A model generated the notes under the pieces. It made no database searches. It was given only the letters and a program-made list of their open reading frames with translations, and was not told the origin of the DNA. DNA of 56,487 nt, the filler included, from Squatina squatina (lineage: Eukaryota), in assembly GCA_031763465.1 (NCBI GenBank). It is 3 parts of 3 records of this genome, joined end to end, with 100 filler letters (N's around TTAATTAATTAA, not from the genome) between each part and the next. Parts side by side here need not be neighbours in the genome. Positions count along the whole stretch, not along the records: positions 19,860 to 42,314 come from JARFOE010000219.1; positions 42,415 to 56,487 come from JARFOE010764582.1; 1 more part is not named here. One strand, given 5' to 3'. Both the position numbers and the translations under genes were made by a program. Shown here in pieces: positions 39,061-51,619 of the stretch. Numbering within the stretch: the stretch's first letter is position 1; each line of letters begins with the position of its first letter.

Positions 39061-39226
39061 GATTGCCCTGAATTCGACCTAGTGTTTGAGAATGCCTTTG
39101 ACCAGTGGGTTGCAAGCACAGCCTCCGAGAAATCTACATTCTTTCAAATCCTTCACAATATTTCTCAGCGATATCTTTCAGAAAAGAAGCCAGAGTTCAT
39201 TAATTGCCAATCTAAAGTGTTGGGAG
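39061..39226 (+). CDS. STXBP6: STXBP6 internal coding exon (166 nt); the intervening exon and downstream SNARE-motif exons were not found
   Basis: DCPEFDLVFENAFDQWVASTASEKSTFFQILHNISQRYLSEKKPEFINCQSKVLG matches human DSAEFDLLFENAFDQWVASTASEKCTFFQILHHTCQRYLTDRKPEFINCQSKIMG. Boundaries tttcAG and GTaagc. Confidence 0.95.
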
Positions 39227-40019
39227 GTAAGCCTGCATTTGTTACATTGTGATTGTCTTTAGATCTCTATCTTTCAGTACAATTATCTCTTAATTGAGTT
39301 GTAATTAAGGACCAAGATATCGTCTGAAAGTGTCTTTCACACAGTTAATTAAGAATCAAAGTCGATCATGTTACCCAACAGGAGAAGTGATTGTTTGACT
39401 CCCAATCAGATTGATGGAGACAGATTGTGTGCGCACCTCTGTGTGCCTGTGCCTGCGCCTTGTGCTCTTCCTGCTGCTCACTCTCTCGCATTCCCTTGTG
39501 CTCTCACACATTCGGCACTCACAAACACTCTGCTTTGCAAAGATAAAACTTGATGCACATTTGGTGTCATTGGTGATGTAGCACTTTGGAGCTAACACAT
39601 TATAGCATGCAGGTGCCTGACCGTAGAGTCACATAGCAGTAAGGAGAACTGAACTTCGGAGGGTGAGTGGTCCCAGAGCACTTTTGACATCATCTAATGA
39701 CTGATTGATTCATTGTGCCATTGAGAACAAGTTGCTGTGAAACCTGGAGAGTGAAATACGTCATGTCATATACCATTAACAGGATTACAAAAATTCCAGA
39801 ATTATATAAAACTAATCTGTTTAGTTGTTTACTTTTACCATCTAGTTGATCTTTGTATTGCTTCTGCAAGACAGTTCAAATTTAGTTTCTTCTGATGGGA
39901 TCAAAGATTAAGGAGCCTATGCAGATCCCACAGTTGGAAGCTGCTGCCTAGAGGGGGGATCTAGACACACATGCTTTCTGCCTTGAATATGAAAGTGTCT
40001 CATCAAAAAGCAAAGGGCC

Positions 40020-40378
40020 GTACTGAGAGAGTGCTGCACTGTCGAAGGAGCTGTCTTTTGGATGAGACGTTAAACCAAGGTCCCGTCTGCTCTTTCAGGT
40101 GGACGTAAATGATCCCATGGCACTATTTTGAAGAAGAGCAGCAGAGTTTATCCCTGGTGTCCTGGCCAATATTTATCACTCAATCAGCATCACTAAAACA
40201 GATTATCTGGTCATTATCACATTGCTGTTTGTTGGGAGCTTGCTATGCGCAAATTGGCTGCCGCGTTTTCTGCATTACCACAGTAACTATACTCCAAAAG
40301 TACTTCATTGGCTGTAAAGTGCTTTGGAACGTCCGGTGGTCATGAAAGGCGCTATATAAATACAAGTCTTTCTTTCCT
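40020..40378 (+). mobile_element. DeuSINE (SacSINE1-like) body and tail
   Basis: gtgctgcactgtcgaagg...gatgagacgttaaacc...gatcccatggcactattttgaagaagagc...ggcgctatataaatacaagtctttcttt. Confidence 0.82.
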
Positions 40379-41064
40379 TTACCAGTCAGTGTGGACAACT
40401 CTACTGTATTTGATCTGTGACATCACCTAAAAATGGATCCTTTATGTGATTAAGAAATCACTTATCAAATCAAGAGGNNNNNNNNNNTGAAGCCCGGGTA
40501 ATACTAGATCGGTTATTTTCAGGAGCTTTGAAAACCTCCAGTGTAAAAGCCATGAAAAAGATATTCTGCTGGAAGGGAGTACGAAAGCCATGTTTTCAGA
40601 ACTGGCTTTAGAGCAGAATAAAGGCAGCCTGCTCACTTGCACAGAACCCAGTTCAGAGTCCTGTGAACCAAAATTCAAAGAAATGTAACTTCCTTGGGGG
40701 ATGGGTGAATTAGTTTGTATCTGATGCAAATTATGAAGTGGAAAAGGAAGGAAATGTATATTATTTTAGAGGTGGAGTATTTGCATGAAAGAGCATTTGG
40801 AATGTAATGGCAAAGGGGAATGGGCAACAAACCAAAATAAATTTTGATAATGATATGACTTAAAACTTTTCAAATGCAGGTCAAGTATTGCCACTTATAT
40901 TTTTTCCAGCTGACTTTCCTTCTCTCCTCTCCTCTGCTGAAAAGTGAGATGCTGAAGTGAAAGANNNNNNNNNNNNNNNNNNNNNNNNNNNNNNNNNNNN
41001 NNNNNNNNNNNNNNNNNNNNNNNNNNNNNNNNNNNNNNNNNNNNNNNNNNNNNNNNNNNNNNNN

Positions 41065-42312
41065 CCAGGGATAGATAGTATTTACTCCAGAGTGCTAAGA
41101 GAGACTAGGAAGGAGTCCTGTAAGGCACTAACTTTCATTGAGGGAATCAATTGAACTAGTGAAGTACCAGTAGATTGGTAACTGATTAATGTGGTGTCAG
41201 GATTCAACAAAAGTTGTCAAAATAGACGCTGGCAACTACAAACCCATTAGTCTTGCTTCAATCCCATATAAAATAGTTTCGTTGAATAGTAGCTAAATTT
41301 GAGTATCATCTGTACAACAATAACCTAGTTATCACCAGTCAGATGGTGAAGATCCTGCCTGATCAACCTCTTCGACTTCTTTGAGCAAGTGACAACACAA
41401 GTGATTGTGATCAGCCCTATGACGTGGTGTACTTTGACTTGACAAAGACTTGACAAAAGTTCCACGTGAAAGGCTATTAATTAAACCCAAAGCTGTGGGG
41501 ATTCAGGATATGCCTTGGGAATGGTTAAGAAACTGGCTGAAAGATAGGAAACAAGTCATTAATTAAAGGAGCTAGGGTTAGGGCAGAATACTGAATGGGG
41601 TGCCTTAGAGCTTGATATTGGGACCAGTACTGTTCCTAATGTACATAAATGATGGAATTTGCAGATGGTCTCAAACTATGAGAGGTAGTGGAATTGAAAG
41701 AGGCAGCTCAGAAATTAGACCAAGTTAGACAAAATATGTAAGTGGGCGCAACATTGGCAGAGAAGTGAAAGTGCAGCACCTGGGTAGGAAAGCTAGACGA
41801 TACACCATAAATTGTGTTGAAATAGCTAAGGATGAAGATGAGACACCAAGGAGACTTGGTAGATTCGATGCTAAACCAGAGATGTCGAATTATATAACCA
41901 AAGCAGCAGAACGCAAGTGCAAAAAGTTAGCCATCAAACTGTATAGTGTTCTTGGTAAACCGCGCATCCAGTTCTGTTCACCAAGGAATGGGACATTCAA
42001 GCGCTGGAGGAAGTCAGAAGATCTGTTGGGTTGATTGCTCATGTTAGGGAGTTGAGTAATGAGGAAAGGTAGGACAGACTTGGACTCCTCAGCCTGAAAA
42101 GGAGGCATCTGAGAGATAATCTTGTAAAAGTATGCTGGATTGATAAAAGTATATAAAAAATGACTAATGTATGGAATAAACTTCCAGAAGGAATTGTGGT
42201 AGCAAAATCCAGGAATTACTTCAGAAACAATTGGATGGCTGCAGTAGGGTGGTGTGTTAATATCTCTCTGGATGGTTGAACTTAAAATAGACCAAATGGT
42301 CTTCCTCTTTCA
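41065..42312 (+). mobile_element. Degenerate CR1 ORF2 (RT region to 3' end)
   Basis: Fragments PGIDSIYSRVLRE, NYKPISL, DVVYFD, GVP..ILGPVLFLMYIND, with many stops and frameshifts. Confidence 0.8.
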
Positions 42313-42314
42313 GA

Positions 42315-42414
42315 NNNNNNNNNNNNNNNNNNNNNNNNNNNNNNNNNNNNNNNNNNNNTTAATTAATTAANNNNNNNNNNNNNNNNNNNNNNNNNNNNNN
42401 NNNNNNNNNNNNNN
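42315..42414. other. Artificial scaffold-joining spacer
   Basis: 44 N + TTAATTAATTAA (42359-42370) + 44 N, identical in design to the first spacer. Confidence 0.95.
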
Positions 42415-42967
42415 TTCAACATTACTGGTGGTGATCCAATACTAACATTACTGGTGGTGACCCCACTTGAACATTAGTGATGGTGACTCTACTCTAACAC
42501 TCTTTGCAGTGACTCTACTCTAATATTAATGGTGGTGGTCCTACTCTAACATTAATGTGGTGGCCCTGTTCTAACAATACTGGTGGTGAGTCTACTCTAA
42601 CATTACTGGTGGTGACCCTACTCTAACATTACTCGTGGTGACTCTACTTTAACATTACGGGTGGTGACTCTACTCTAACATTACTGGTGGTGAATCTACT
42701 CTAATATTACTGGTGGTGGTCCTACTCTAACATTAATGGTGGTGGTCCTACTCTAACATTACTGGTGGTGACTCTACTCTAACATTACTGGTGGTGGTCC
42801 TACTCTAACATTAATGATTTTGACTCCACTGTAACATTAATTCTGGTGACCCAACCCTAATATTACTGTTGCCGGCTCTCCTGCAACGTTGCTGGTCGGG
42901 ACCCGACACTAACATTACGGCGAGTGACTCTACTCTTGCATTACGGGTTTTGACCCTACTACAACAT
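42415..42967 (+). repeat. 26-bp minisatellite, about 21 copies
   Basis: Consensus tactctaacattactggtggtgactc; period 26 (e.g. ctctaa at 42595 and 42621). Confidence 0.92.
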
Positions 42968-42969
42968 TT

Positions 42970-43630
42970 GGAAGGAAAATGGTGTGTTAGCCTTTATTAC
43001 AAGAGGATTTGAGTTCAGGAGTAAAGATGTCTTACTGCAGTTATACAGCATCTTGGTGGGACTGCACCTGGACTATTGTGTACAGTATTGTTCTCCTTAT
43101 GGAAGTAAGGATACAATTGCCATAAAGGAAGTGCAACAAATGTTCAACAGACTGTTTCTGGGAATGGGCGGGATTGTCCTACGTGGAGAGATTGAGTAGA
43201 CTAGGCCTGTATTCTCCAGCGTTTAGAAGAATGAGAGGTGATCTCAAGGAAACATACAAAGTTCTTACATGGCTCGACAGGGTAAATGCAGTGTGGATCT
43301 GTCCCCTGACTTGGGGGGTCCAGCTACAGACGGAGTCTCAGAATAAGGGCTGAACATTTAGGACTTAGATGATTAGAAATGTCTTCACTCAGAGGGTGGT
43401 GAATCTTTGGAACTGTCTACCCAAGACGGCTGTGGAGGTTCAGTCATTGAGTATATTCAAGACAGAGGTCAATAGATTTCTGTATGAAAGACATCAAGGG
43501 ATGTGAGGAAACTTCAGGAAAATGGCATTGACGTAGGTGATCAGCCCTGATCTTGTTGAATGGCCGAGCAAGCTCGAGGGACCGAATGGCCGACTCCTGC
43601 TCCTGTTCCCTATGGTCTTATGTTCTTATG
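42970..43630 (+). mobile_element. 5'-truncated CR1 LINE
   Basis: Encodes LAFITRGFEFRSKDVLLQLYSILVGLHLDYCVQ; 3' terminus with a cttatgttcttatg tail. Confidence 0.88.
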
Positions 43631-46600
43631 AGCTGGGACTCATGGACAAGAGGAACTCGGCGATGGCATTACTGAAAATAGGGGGAACATGAGGAATTGA
43701 GGAGAATACAGTAAGCTATTTAAGTAGAAACAAATAACAGGGGAAATTAGGGGAAACAGCAGCTGTTGAATTAGAAATAGAGGACTGGGTAATTTGTGGG
43801 AAATAGATGTTCTGTTTAATTTGAAACATAGAACAGCAGATTGATGGGGAATGCTGCAGCCTTTTATTTATAAATGGGGATCGAGGTAGATATTAATCAA
43901 TTATTTAGAAGTCGGGGACATGGGAAGATATTAACTGTATAATAGCAACTAGAGGATTCGAAAATGTCAGGGAAACACAGGGAAACTGCGATCTCCCGGA
44001 GTGGGAACGATGTTCCTACGCACCCGGGGAGACACCCCCACGGCCGGTTATGGGGCTGTTCATCGTAAACCCTCATAACCGGCATTTACGATCTGTCAAG
44101 AATCTTCTTCACAGATCCAATGCTTGGGCTGTGGAGCTGATCCCCATCGCTGAGCTTTGCAATATTTTTCCAACACATTCACTGTGGATCTCTTTCAGGT
44201 TATTTACAGATGGTAAAACCTGGCGTATCTGCTTGGTTTTACCTGCATACAAAATGTTAAAATATTTTAAATCAAAAATATTAATAGGACATTATTTCAA
44301 ACCATACCGAGTAAGATAAGTATGTTTTTAAACATTTAAAAGTTTTTTTTAATTTCAAAAAAAGTGTTATTTATCTACTTTTTATTAAATTTTAATATTA
44401 GAATAATTTTAAAAATGTTTTGGGATGTGTTTGTGTTGTTTTTCATCTTTCATTGAAATCTTGACAGATCGCTGAGAACTGTCAAAATTTCAATGAAAGA
44501 TACGCCCACCTGATTGGCTGGGGCCTCCCATGAGACCTCTCTTCGATCGACTTCCCCGAGAATCTCCAGAGCCCCGCTCCGAATCTCCAACTCGGGGGGA
44601 GGGGATGGGGGTTGGGGTGCTAAATATCCCAAGTCGCTTGGATCCAGGACCCTTAGGTAAGTCCGTAACTTTTTTTGCATTTGGAGGCATCCACACGCAG
44701 GAAGCCTCAGTCACAGTTTCACGACCATTAATTGTTTAATTAGAAACAAGGGAGAGAATCACAATCTTATGGGATGGAATGTGACATGGTAATGCAATGG
44801 TTAACTTTGCTTCCTAATTTCCCTATTGCCTTTGGATGATGCTGTTTGATTGCAAACCAATTCCTCCGGATTGTAGCTGGGTGCAGTCGCATCGCAGTTT
44901 GATGGAGTTAAAATCTCTGCCTGCAGCGTGACTGGTCCCTTATGTACGGTTGGTCGTCTGATTCCAGTTAAGTGAGCGTGTGCCTCTTACACACAGCTAC
45001 CTGCAACTCACAATCACTGCCCTAAGAAGCTGGACAGAGGCCGGATTGGTCGAGCCCGGGCTCCACAGGGACCTGCAAACAAATGGAGTTTGGCTTTTGG
45101 AGAAGCTCAGGATCAAGTGGAAATTTGAAGATTGGAAGGAAATTAATAAATGAAACTCATTCTCAATTAAAGTACTGAAGCTATTGTTAGCAAAATGTTT
45201 TAAATCAGGTTCTTGAGCATTGGAGTGAGGTTCCAGAGCTTTATTAAGCACACAGTATATGCAGTAGTGCTTTATCAGACAATTTATGGTAATACTCACA
45301 ACCACAGCTGCTGATGCCTGGTTGGTGATTCAAACGTGTTGTTCTTCTCAAATCTGTACTTTAGACATTTGCGAAGTCTCATTACAAACTGACACTTTTC
45401 CATTGCTTGTTCATGTCAGTCCACACAATATTGCATTACATAAATATGTAAAAGTTATATTACAACCCGGTAGATAGAGAATGTAATACTGCACTCATCC
45501 TTTGGTAATAACTATAGTGTCCCTTAGTAAAGAGCATCTGTTCCTCTGGGCTAAAATGTATAATGTCTTTACTTCTTTTCTCTAATTTCACTCTCGATCT
45601 GTTTAATTGCAAATTGACCACGTGAAACCTTTGATTTTTAGCCAATCTTTATTTCTGTATCATTTTTTACTATGTTACAATGATGATGACAGTCCAGATA
45701 TTTTGCTTTACACAATGAACAGACTTCCAACACTATTATCAAATGATTGACGTTCTCTAGAATGTCTAAGTCAGTTTGCAATGACATGTCTTTAATTATT
45801 ACCTCACCCTGAAATTGAACATAGCTGCAGTGTCAGTCCCGGCCCATCAGCCCAGTGCTTCCTCAACTAGCTTTATACCTCCCTGCTTAACAGGCAAAGA
45901 CTAAAGATTACTGCAATATTGGGATAAACATTACAGTATAAAATGAACAGACTTCAGGACCTTACGGTTATCACTTCCCTTACATTGTCCTCTGCATTAG
46001 CGTTAGAATATTTAAAATCAACACGAAACTATATCTCATCAGCAAATATAGCTCAGTCTATTCCATTGTGCCGATGTCCAACTCTCCAGAACCACATTAA
46101 CCATTTCTCGGGTGGAGGGCAAACACCGACAAGGTCGTGTTTCCGAGAATGATTTGTTTCCTTATTATCAACTTCGAATATTTTGATGACCAATTGGGAT
46201 TACAGTAAATATCAGCTAGCAAAACATGTGATGTCACAGGGACCAGTCAGGTTCCTGCTGTCTCCACCATTGGACACTGATCAGGAGACAGGGCAGTATT
46301 CTATTGGTCCAGGAGACAATGGGGGCGGAGTCTGAAGGAGAGTCCTGCGCCGGCAACATTCACACCAAGATTACAGAATTACAACTAACCCTGATTGTAA
46401 CACAGTGTTTCGACACTAAACGTATGTATTAGTTAAAATAGGACTTCTCGTTCCAGTACCTGCTGTGAAAGGCAGTTAACGCCGAGGCCCACATGTTCTC
46501 CTCCACTGCTGAAGCTCAATCATGACTGTTCTCTTGGAATCCTAAGTGGGAATTGCGCTGTTTCTGATCACCCTGAGAAAACAGCAGACAGCTACCACAC

Positions 46601-47507
46601 AGCACAAATTGGAAGAAGTATCACCTGATACCTATTGATTTTCACAACAACAATCCTCTTTAGTCCGAACAGAAAGACCATCCATTCTAAAGTAGAACAC
46701 CTTTTGTAATTGAACTCTAGTTAGGACAGGGAGCTTAGTTAGAATGTAACGATGGCTCTCAGCTACAACAGTACAAAACGGCCTGAAACACTTAACAGTG
46801 AAATGATTGATTTCCTTCGGTTCTCCGTCTCTGGATTGATCTGTTTCTCACTGCTGTGACCCCGGAGTCTCCTGTGGGCATTACTGGCCACTGACCGCCA
46901 TTTCCCCTGGACTATTCCTTTTGTGAACCACTAAATAATTGAAATGTTAACTTTTACTTTTAAATTTACTGTTAAGGAGCTTTTATACGCCGCACAATGT
47001 GTCTTCTCTCCAGGTGGACATGAAGTCTCAGGAGCCACTCCATTCGCCAGTTTTATCCATCGCCTCCTGTTTTGAGAATGTCTCTATCGGGAGTAGATTT
47101 TAAAGTATGACCTGCAGATCATGGTTTAGTCTGCACATCGAACTCAACTGCATGGGAGATCTGGTAAGAATCACGGTCCCATGGTCATTGATCATCAATC
47201 TATGTGGAAAGGATTTACCTATCAAAACTACTGCACAGATCATCAAATAACTCTTTTCTGCCAACGGTAAGGACATAATAACAGTTCAGCAGAGATATGC
47301 TATGTTGTTAGTGTGACTGTCCGTTTATGCATCCGTGTCGCACTGCAGAGATATCCAACAATTTATCTATGTCTCCTCGTATTCACTAAAGCACTCCACC
47401 ATTCATCCAACTATTCCCTCACCCACCCACCCAACAGTCGGTCATTCCGTCAAACCGTCAATCGTCCCCCTTAAACTCGACAATATCAATCCACCCATAC
47501 ATCTGGT

Positions 47508-47898
47508 ACATAAATCTAGGCTGACACTTGAATGCAGTACTGAGGGAGTGCTGCACGGTCGGAGGTGCCATTTTTCTGATGAGACATTAAACTGAGGCCC
47601 CGCCTGCTCTCTCAGCAGGGTGAAAAAGATCCCATGCCACTACTTCGAAGAAGAGCAGGGAGCTATCCCATGGTGTCCTAGCCAATTTGTATCCCTCAAT
47701 CAACAGAACAAAAGTAGATTATCTGGTCATTATCACATTGCTGTTTGTGGGAGAATGCTCTGCACAAAACTGGCTGCCACCTTTCCCACATTACAACAGT
47801 GACTGCACTCCAACAGTACCTCTTGGGCTGTAAAAGGCTTTAGAACATCTGGTGGTCGTGACAGGCGCTATATAAAACCAAGTCTTACTTTCTTTCTT
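47508..47898 (+). mobile_element. DeuSINE (SacSINE1-like)
   Basis: Homolog of 40020-40378. Confidence 0.8.
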
Positions 47899-47899
47899 T

Positions 47900-48433
47900 T
47901 AACATCCATCCAACCAAATGTCCATCCATTCATCAAGCCTTCAAACGTCCGACCCAAACACGTGTCTTTCCATCCAATCTTCCATCCACTCACCCACCAA
48001 TCTAACCATTCCTCCACCCTTCCACCCATGCATCTCTCCATCCATCTAAATGTCCGTCTGTCCATCTGTCCCGTCTGATCGTCTGTCTGCCTGACTTTCC
48101 CTGTCTCTCTATCAAACAATCAATCAGTCAATCAAACAATCTCTCGATCGATCTATCTATTTATCAATGTAACTAACCATCTATCTCCCAGTCCATCTAT
48201 TATTCTATCTATATTTCTATCCCTCTCTCTATCTAAATATCTATCTGTCTGTTACTCTATCTGTCTATCTATCTATCTCTCTTTCTTTCTATTATTCCAG
48301 CTATATTTCTATCTCGCTCTCTCTATCTCTCTCTATCGATCTATCTATCTATCTATTATTTTTTCTATCTATCCATCTGTCTGTCTGTCTATCTATTATT
48401 ATATCAATCTTTCTATCTCTATATATCTATCTT

Positions 48434-48491
<58 letters not shown>

Positions 48492-48560
48492 CCTATCTAT
48501 CTATCTGGCTATCTATCTCCATATCAATCTATCTATCGATCAACAGATCCATCTATAAAT
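47900..48560 (+). repeat. Compound microsatellite (TCCA/TCTG/TCTA)n
   Basis: Degenerate tcca and tctg runs followed by long (tcta)n, purest near 48445-48505. Confidence 0.92.
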
Positions 48561-48569
48561 CGCCCTGAA

Positions 48570-49720
48570 TCTCTTCCATCTATTTTTGCAATTTGACAGA
48601 AATCCTGCTCCTCTCTGTCCTTCTCACTATGTGGCCGTCTATAATATACACCAAGCAGCCCAATAGCTCCTCTGCTGTTCTTTAACTCTAAGCAAATACA
48701 TTCGCCTTTGAACAGTCTGGGACATCATCCTTTCCTGGTGCTATAACAGTGATATACTGCATTGTAGTTATGGAAGTTTAAGTGCCCTGCTTTCCCTTGT
48801 TTGAGACAGGTCTCCATTATTGGGATTATTTCATAATCCCATGTGGCTTCTTGCATCTGCAGCTCACCAACTTTATTCGTCACGTCTCTACTTAGTTTGT
48901 TCCACAATTCCCGCCTGCTTGGCTCCTCCTATTTCTTACCTACTCTCTATTCTAATTTTGCTTGTCCTTCCCAGCTGGCTGTGCACCTTGTTTATCCTCT
49001 CCAATGCTTAGTTATGGTGTCACTCCTTCTGCCAAATTACTAAAATTCATCCCCACAGCACCAGTTATCCTTCCTGGGCGTACATTGGTCCCAGCGCTGT
49101 ACAAGTGCAAAGTTTCCATCTTGTACAGGCCCCTCCTGCACCAGCACTAGTATCAATGCTCTTGGAATCTGAAGCCCTCCCTCTTGATTCCCTGGCAAAA
49201 TTCTCTGCATCCGTTCAGTGATGTCCTTTACCAAGGTACCAGTGAGGCAACACACCATACGAGAGTAAGTTCAGTGTTTGAGAAACCCCTGCCTGGCCCC
49301 CACTTTTTGCCCCATCACAACTGCATTTCTGAATTTATGCGCCCGGCATGCAACAATTTGCCCCGCGTTGCTGTGGATTTGATCCAGACTGCAGTGCCCA
49401 GTGGTGTCGTCATACTCACCTATATGGAAAATCTGTGTGAGTGTGACAGACTCCCGGAGGATCCCTGCAACACCAGACTGCTGGATGGCCAGTAATTTAA
49501 TATCGTTATGGACTCAATGTTACCATCTCCTGGAGCCTGCGATCCAGGAAATTCTCANNNNNNNNNNCCCCCTCCCTGATGCATCGCAATGTCTGCAGCT
49601 TGGACTCCAGCTCAAAAACTCTGAGCTCACTTTCGAGAAGGGACTTCCTGCACACGTGTTTATCAAGGATACGTGAAGCACCTTGGAGTTCCAGCATGAC
49701 ACTGTTGTTACCAATGTAAA
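48570..49720 (-). mobile_element. Degenerate 5' half of a CR1 LINE (ORF1 plus start of ORF2 endonuclease)
   Basis: HVCRKSLLESELRVFELESKLQTLRCIREG (ORF1 Zn-finger/coiled coil), VCCLTGTLVKDITERMQRIL (SGNH esterase) and NKVGELQ..WDYEIIPIMETCLK (APE N-terminus), in the expected order. Confidence 0.78.
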
Positions 49721-51313
49721 TTGCAGCGTCTAAGTTGAACAGTGACAGAGATCACGATGGAAGCTTAAGGTGGTTTTGAAATTAAAATAAAATTGAAATA
49801 ACTAAGTAAAATAAAATGCAATACAATTACATTTAAGTAACTGAAATGAAATTAAGTTCATTGCCTTCAATTAAATGTAATTTGTGATGTGGGATTTTAG
49901 ACAGTATTGCATGTTTCTAGGGTCAGAATTAATCTGTGATGTGCGTTGCCCAGTGACATTTCTTCCAATTCTCTCATGTTGCTTGCTTGAAGAGTTGTAC
50001 CGGGAACTGATATTGTAGGCCTGATGGGCCTGGTGTCGGGTATTATTCCCCTAATTGGTTATCCAAGCGAATTCTGGAACTGGGCAAATTCACATCTTGC
50101 GACTGAGAAAGCCGAAGCCTTCTGATACAGGCAATGATCGGCGCACATTTCCTGTTCTAAAACAATCAGACCACGGCCCCACATCCTGCAGCTCACCCTG
50201 AAGAGCGCCCAGTCTGTTGTGGAGGGCTCCTGATGACGTAGCGAATGTTTCAAATGTGAATCTGGTTCATCACTCGTCAGACAGTAAGAACCAATGGGGG
50301 AAGCGCTCAGCCAATTCTGTGACGTGTCACTAATTACATTCAGGAGTTCGTGCATCTCTCACTCTTCAAACTTTGTTTGGTCATCAGTTTTATTTTACTT
50401 TTGCAGTTGAAGGTTAGCAAATAAATCACCAGTTGTTTTTTTTATTTTATTTTGCAGCCACTAGATTATAGACAACAGCGCCGTGCATTGATTTTCTTCC
50501 CTTTAATACAACGCAAAAATACATTGCATTTTGGTGGAGGTCAGGATCTGTTAGAATCTTCAATCATTGAGTGGAACAAGTGGTAGGTTCCCATGCTAAG
50601 GGCGCTGTCAGACTCAGGATGGGCCTCTGTAATCCTCCACTACAACAGAACTCTCTGCAGTGTTATACACACACATCCCACTCGATCATCGTGTTCAGAC
50701 TTATAAATACACAATGGAGAATTCACAGGAGTTACACCCCACCTTCTCAAGGCATTCTTTCTACTGGATTATGCAACATATTTGTAATAAACAGTTAAAT
50801 CTGTAACTCTAAGAATTTGTGAAAGAGTTGGTTTCATCCAGAATAACTAAAAGCTGCCCCACAATCCAAATACTGCACCTGCCCAACTGACTCTGATAGT
50901 ACAGAGACCTGAAACAATTGGTGGCAGCTTCAAAAGTGTTGGTATTTTATCAATTAGGATTCGGCCAATGGCAAACAAGCAGGTAATTCTGTGAGTTGAC
51001 TGAACTTTCCTCCGCTGTAGTTAATTCTGCCAATTGGCAGTGGCATGTTTTACACCCGCCCAAATGACTTTTCATTACAGTCAAAGAAAAGGAATTTTAG
51101 ACGGGGTCTATCAATGGCACACAGTCCGCTCCAACCAGATTTCCGCCCAGAGCTGGAATTGAAAATGTTTGTCGCTTCAGAACATTCAGATTCCACAAAA
51201 CCAAAATGGACCGATAACTAACTTTACAACTTGTTTTTAAAACAGCTTAACTTGGGGACACTGAATTGCTCATGTCAGCGAATTCTGGAGATTTGGCAGG
51301 AATTAAAGAACGT

Positions 51314-51619
51314 GGGGTTAAATTGATCTTGGGTGGGTAGGCTATGGAGGCGATGTGGCTTCGAGTCAAAATTTTAAAATCAGGTCATCTGAAAGTCAAT
51401 TTGTGCACAGCAAGCTCCCACACACATTAATGAGGTAAATTGCCAGAGAGTGAAATTGGGCTCGGGCGGGTGTCGCACAACTGGCAGTATCACCTGTTGC
51501 ACGCTCCGCTGATATTCCGTTCCACTGATTTCAATACAATTGAATATTGGGTGTGTGGTACGAGGTGGAGAGATGTGATTCTGCATCATAAGCATTCCCA
51601 CCCAAGTCCAATTTCACCC
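51314..51619. mobile_element. MITE-like element(s) with TIRs, containing a reversed DeuSINE fragment
   Basis: ggggttaaattgatcttgggtggg (51314) and gagtgaaattgggctcgggcggg (51448) are both inverted relative to cccacccaagtccaatttcaccc (ends 51619). Confidence 0.5.
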
